Shown here one piece after another: positions 58,532-64,000 of a stretch of 64,000 nt of DNA. How positions within the stretch are numbered: the stretch's first letter is position 1; each line of letters begins with the position of its first letter. The DNA is from Okamejei kenojei (taxonomy: Eukaryota). The DNA lies in the NCBI GenBank assembly GCA_035221665.1, contig JAVHYY010000112.1, forward strand, positions 620,001-684,000, given 5' to 3'. Under the pieces are notes generated by a model. It was not told the origin of the DNA, made no database searches, and saw only the letters and a list, made by a program, of their open reading frames with translations. The translations under genes and the position numbers were made by a program.

Positions 58532-61500
58532 TCTTCCGGTGGCGCCATGCAGCAATGAGAGGCGCAGCATTCAGTTCCGCTCCCGCCAAATGCACTCAAA
58601 GCGCTAAAAAGCCTTTAAAAGATCACGGGACGGATTTAAAAACACTCACCGGGGAGACGTCATTAGAAATCGACCCAAAATAACGGGGATACCGGCATTT
58701 TTAAATGAAAAAAAGGAACTTACATATCCGACCCGCGTCAAGACCTTTGACCAGACTGCCCGTTAGAGAGTTGGGGAAAATACCTCAAACAACTCCAGAA
58801 GGACCTGAAGAAGAAGAAACTGATGGTCAGAGATTTATTGCTGAAATGGAAGCGAATGTAAAAGAACAGGAACAATCTTTCAGAGAAGCTGTGTCAAAAG
58901 ACTTTGCTGATATGTTACACAAGGAGATTTCCGAACTGGCTACAAGTATGCAGCTCGGGAATAAGCAAGTTATTAAGGCAATTGCTACTCTACAGGAACA
59001 TATTAATAAAGTTGAGACCGAGCTAAGAGAAGAAATTGAACGGTTTGATGGAGATTACAATCAAAAGCTGGAGCCTGTTCTCACTACTTCTGCAGAACAA
59101 AGCAGTGCTGTTAAATATCTGGAAACTGCGATGAAAGATATGTCTGAAGCGATGAAGAGAATGAATGAAGATCAAGACCGAGTTTCTGGACAACTGGCTA
59201 GAATTCACATCGGTCATGTCTAGACACATTATCACCACTGGAATGCAACCTCAAGGACAAGCTACCTGAACGAAATATGTAATAAAATGGTACTACGCAG
59301 CATAGAAAATAAATTGAGCGGAACGTAATAATTCACTAACAAAGATTTAAATATCTATATACTAACACATACATAACTGGATAACTTTATTCTATTCTAA
59401 AATATACTATCACAACCGAATAGTGATTCACTCTTTTTTTAAAGTCGTGGACTTATGATCGAAAGTTAGCTCCGTTGGATTAATATACAATGTGCTAAAA
59501 TATGTGTAATCGATTCGGGAAGACTAATTACCAGTTACGCTTAGGATAAATCAATAAGGAATCACAGGCTGGAAGGGAGTGAAACAGCTGGCAAGCAGCC
59601 AAGATTGCATTTTTTGTTAACCCCTTCCAGTCAGCAGATTCTTACTGAAATATACTGGGGATTGTCTGTTAAGTTAAATACAGTAATTAAATCGTAAATA
59701 GTAAATACGTATTCAGTTTAAGACACCAGAAGAACTAATCACAATACATGTTCGCTGGTTTTCTCTCTCTCTTTGAATATAGTACCCGTTTTGGAACAGT
59801 TCTTTCTGTTTTTGCAATACTTGTTTAAGGGAACGGAGCTTAATGCATCTTTACATCTACGGAAGATTTCATGAATTTTTCTTCCACCATTAGGTGTTTT
59901 TTCTCAATTTTTTAATACTGCTGTTTTCACAATTTTTAAATATTTATCACTTTTTTAACTTTTCCTTTAAGGGCACATTTTCAAGCAATATACCAACAGA
60001 GTTTAGCAGCTGGAAGCACCCACCCAGCACCCAGAAGCTTGAGGCATTATGGTGCCCCATCTGAAATAATGGAACCAATGTAACTTATAATGCAAGAGGA
60101 CACTCAAAAGAAAATTGGAGGACATACGTTTTGTAGCTGGTACATAAGGGGCGCTAACGAGCCAATTAAAAAGGGCAAGATTCTTGCCCAATTGAAATCA
60201 CTCAATGCTGATATTTTATTTCTATAGGAAACACATCTAAAACTTCAAGCTCAGACCAGGCTGAACGCAAATTGGATCTGTCAAACATATCATTCCTCCT
60301 ATCTCTCCAAATCTAGGGGAACCAAAATTATAATTCGTAAAAGGCATATTATTTAAACATAAGAATACTATCGCAGATAAAGCGTGGAGGTATGTAATAA
60401 TGACTGGAGAGATACATTCTACTCCACACACCATGTTAAATATTTATGCTCCTAATGTTGATAATCCGCAATTCTTTAATAAAATCCTGAATATAATCTC
60501 TGAGTACAACTACCAAAACGTGATAATTGGGGGAGATTTCAAATTGCGTTCTAGATACATATCTGGATAAATCTGTCCAACAAAAGAGACATAATATAAA
60601 ATCAAAATCCAGTGAACTCTTAAATACGTACATAAAAAACACAAATATAACAGATATATGGAGGATTGCAAACCCGACCGAAAGGGAATTCTCCTTTTAT
60701 TCATCAGTACATAAAACCTATACACGTATCGACTACTCTCTAGAGGCACGAAATTAATTCCCTTTACAACGAATCCTAAATATCATAATAGTGTCATCTC
60801 TGATAATTCCCCGTTAACCTTCTTCCAAAAACTAGAAGGAATGTTCAATAAAAATAATGTTGGAGGATTAATTCCCAAATTCTAAATAACACGGCCGGTT
60901 GTATATATTTAAAACAACAGATGGAACTTATCCTTGAGACTAATGATAACCCAGATATATCACCCATCTATTAAGGAAATATTTTAAGGCGTTTATTAGA
61001 GGCTCTATTATTTCATACCAAGCTATTCAAAATAAAAAGAATAGGACAGAACAATTGCAACTAGAAGAACAAATCAGACAACTTGATTTAGAAAACGCGA
61101 AAGATCTATAGTTAAACACAACAAAATAGCAATATTGAAATTTAAACTAAACCGAATGTTATCTGCAAGAGTTATTAGATTATTTCAAATTACAAAGCAG
61201 GAAAATATCTAATTTGGCGATAAACCGCACAAACTTTTAGCACGTCAGCTGAAAAAAGTGGCAAAGGCTCACACTATTCTAAAAATCAAATCAGATAAAG
61301 GCGAATTGCTAATGCTGCCTAAAGACATTAACACAAGATTTGCTCAATTTGATTAAAATGTATATACATCCAAAACATCAACAAACAGCAATAAAATTAT
61401 AAACTTTCTGGACAACTGTAAGCTCCCAAAATTTAATCACTTGGAACAAGAGCAATTAGGAGCACAGGTTTCAATCAAAGAACTAGAAGAGACAATAAAC

Positions 61501-64000
61501 TCACTGATGAATTGTAAAACACCGGGACCAGATAGGTTCAGTAATGAATTTTATAAAAGATTTCACGAAGTCATTTCACCACGTTTACACAACCTTTATA
61601 CATATGCATTTAAAGAACAGATACTACCAGATATACTAGCGGAATCAACTATCACACTTATACCCAAAAAAGATAAAGGTCTAAAAGATCCAGATTCACA
61701 TAGAGCAATTGCATTATTAAATACAGTTCAGAAAATATTAGCGAAACCTCTGGCAAGAAGATTAAGTAAATACGTTAGTAAATTAATATATGCTGATCAA
61801 ACTTGGTTCATACCCAAGAGACATTCATTTAATAATTTGAAACGTCTTTTTAATATATTGTATTCATACAAAATTGAAGAAGAAGACATCAATTATTTCA
61901 CTAGATGCAGAAAAAACATTCGATCAAGTAATATGGGAATACCTCTTCACAGTATTGCAAAAAATTCAGATGGGAGAGAATTTTATTTCATCGATAAATT
62001 ATTATATGACTGGCCGGCTGCTGGTATATTGACCAACCACATACTTTCTCCGAAATTTCACTTATGCAGGGGCAATTGACAGGGTTGCACATTATCACCC
62101 CTGCTATTTGCCCTTGCGATAGAGCCCTTACCGGAAAGTATAAGCATACATCCGAATGTTCACGGCTATAATACTAAACATTACAATAATAACATATCAT
62201 TATATGCAGAAGATGTATTATTATACATTACAAAATCTCAAGTTAGTATACCAAATATATTGTCTAATAGAGGAATTCGGTTCTTTTTCAGGATATAGAT
62301 TATACTGGAAAATGTGAAATCATGGCGATAAAACCCCAAGTCGGCACACCTTTTAAAATTTCCTTTCAAAATTGCTACAGAACATATTAATAAAGACCTA
62401 GTAATTATTTCCTTAGATGCGGAGAAAGCCTTTGACCAGGTGGATTGGTCTTATTTTTCTCGGTTATGGAAACTTTTAAGTTGGGAGATAAGTTTATTTC
62501 TTGGGTTAAATTATTATGCACTAATCCAACAGCCAGAATAATAACAAATCAAATGCTATCAACTAAATTTAATCTATTCCGAGGATGCAGACAAGGTTGT
62601 CCTCTATCCCCACTACTGTTTGCACTTGCAATAGAACCTTTAGCTCAACGGGTGAGATTGCATCCTGAAATATATGGATACGACACCAGAGATACTGAAA
62701 ATAAAATTTCTTTATATGCGGATGATATATTACTTTATATCACAAAGCCGGAAAATAGTATCCCAAATTTACTAAAATTAATATCTGAATTTGGATTATT
62801 ATCAGGATATAGTATTAATTGGAATAAAAGTGAACTTATGCCAATAATGGTAAATAACTTACATATACTACAACAATCTCCTTTTAAGATAGCAAACGAA
62901 AAAAATCAAATATCTTGGAATTCATGTAACAAAAAGATTTGACTCTTTATTTAAATCAAATTTTCCACTTTTATTGAATAAATTAAATAAGAACATTTTA
63001 TATTGGAAAACATTACCGATCTCAATGATAGGTAGAATTAATGCAATAAAAATGATTTTTCTCCCGCAATTACTATATATTTTCCAATTCATTCCGATAT
63101 ATCTTCCTATTTTTTTTTAAGAAGGTTGATTCTATAGTCACCAACTTTATCTGGGATTAGAAGAGCCATAGAATAAACAAAAAACATTTATGTAAACCAA
63201 AAATAAATGTAGGTCTAACACTACCAAACTTTATGTTTTATTACTGGGCAGTTAATATTACAAATATGAATCTTTGGTTTGTAGAGACAGATAAACAACC
63301 AACCTGCTTAAAAATGGAAAAAGTAGATTGTTTGCCTTTTGAAATCAGTTCGATTTTATTCGCCAATATTAAAATAGGTAAGAAAACCTATAGTGAAAAC
63401 CTTATAATAGAAAGTGGAATATATATCTGGAAACAAATAAGGAAAACACTAAAATTGGAATGTATACCACTAGCCCATACCATTGTAAATGACGTTACTT
63501 TTAAATCCTCAATGATGGACAAAGTTTTTTTACAATGGAAAAACTATGGAATTAATCAGATGGGAGATCTCTACAGGGAAATTTCTTTCCTTTCATTTCA
63601 AGAATTACAACAAATTTATAGATTACATTCAAAAGATTACTTTTGATATCTCCAAATTAGAGACTATGTAAAAGCAAATACACAGCAAATTAGAAATAGA
63701 AAGACAGAAATTTTAGATGCATGCCTAAATAAACACCCGAACACAGAAACATTGATATCATATATTTATAATATTGTACTGTAAAACGATGTCCCAATGA
63801 CAGACATATATAGCCAATCATGGGAAAACGAATTAGGTCAAATCATTAGACCTGAAATATGGGATGAAAGTCTACAACATATAGACTGCTCGTTAAATAC
63901 TAGACACTCTCTTATACAATTTAAAATATTACATAGACTACATTATTCAAAATCCAAACTACATAGTATTTTTTCAAATGTATCTCCCATATGTGATAAA
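58532..64000 (+). mobile_element. L1-clade LINE region: 5' UTR, coiled-coil ORF1 fragment (58705-59223), degenerate ORF2 with a repeated RT segment; runs off the window end
   Basis: NIYAPN, YTRIDY, KTPGPD, RAIALLNT, RGCRQGCPLSPLLF and LYADD motifs. Confidence 0.88.

Overview
Eukaryotic, repeat-dense DNA, almost certainly from a cartilaginous fish. The evidence is CR1/HER1-type LINEs with (CATAGAAA)n tails, HE1-type V-SINEs and IgNAR-like V and J segments. The window holds two diverged copies of a tandemly duplicated unit that looks like part of the TCR alpha/delta locus carrying NAR-TCR cassettes. Unit layout: [two-exon GPR139/142-like class A GPCR, minus strand] head-to-head with [IgNAR-like V (leader + V exon + 22-bp-spacer RSS) - D (12/12 RSS) - J (23 RSS) - leaderless 'supporting' TCR-delta V (23 RSS)], followed by a shared tail. 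Unit 2 (about 36.7-58.5 kb) has every part, but the NAR-type V leader begins with ATA and about 8 kb of nested CR1+DIRS separates V from D. Unit 1 (window start to about 31.4 kb) keeps GPCR exon 1 (donor mutated), the V promoter region and an orphan supporting V; its leader-V-D-J was deleted next to a DIRS insertion. The rest is transposon sequence: four DIRS tyrosine-recombinase retrotransposons (one near-intact, 26.3-31.2 kb), three long CR1 LINEs plus many fragments, two L1 regions, Tx1, Rex1/Babar and Penelope-like remnants, and SINEs. There is a 200-N gap at 56531-56730. No constant-region exon or TCR-delta D/J segment was seen. Repeat boundaries were placed by eye and are approximate.
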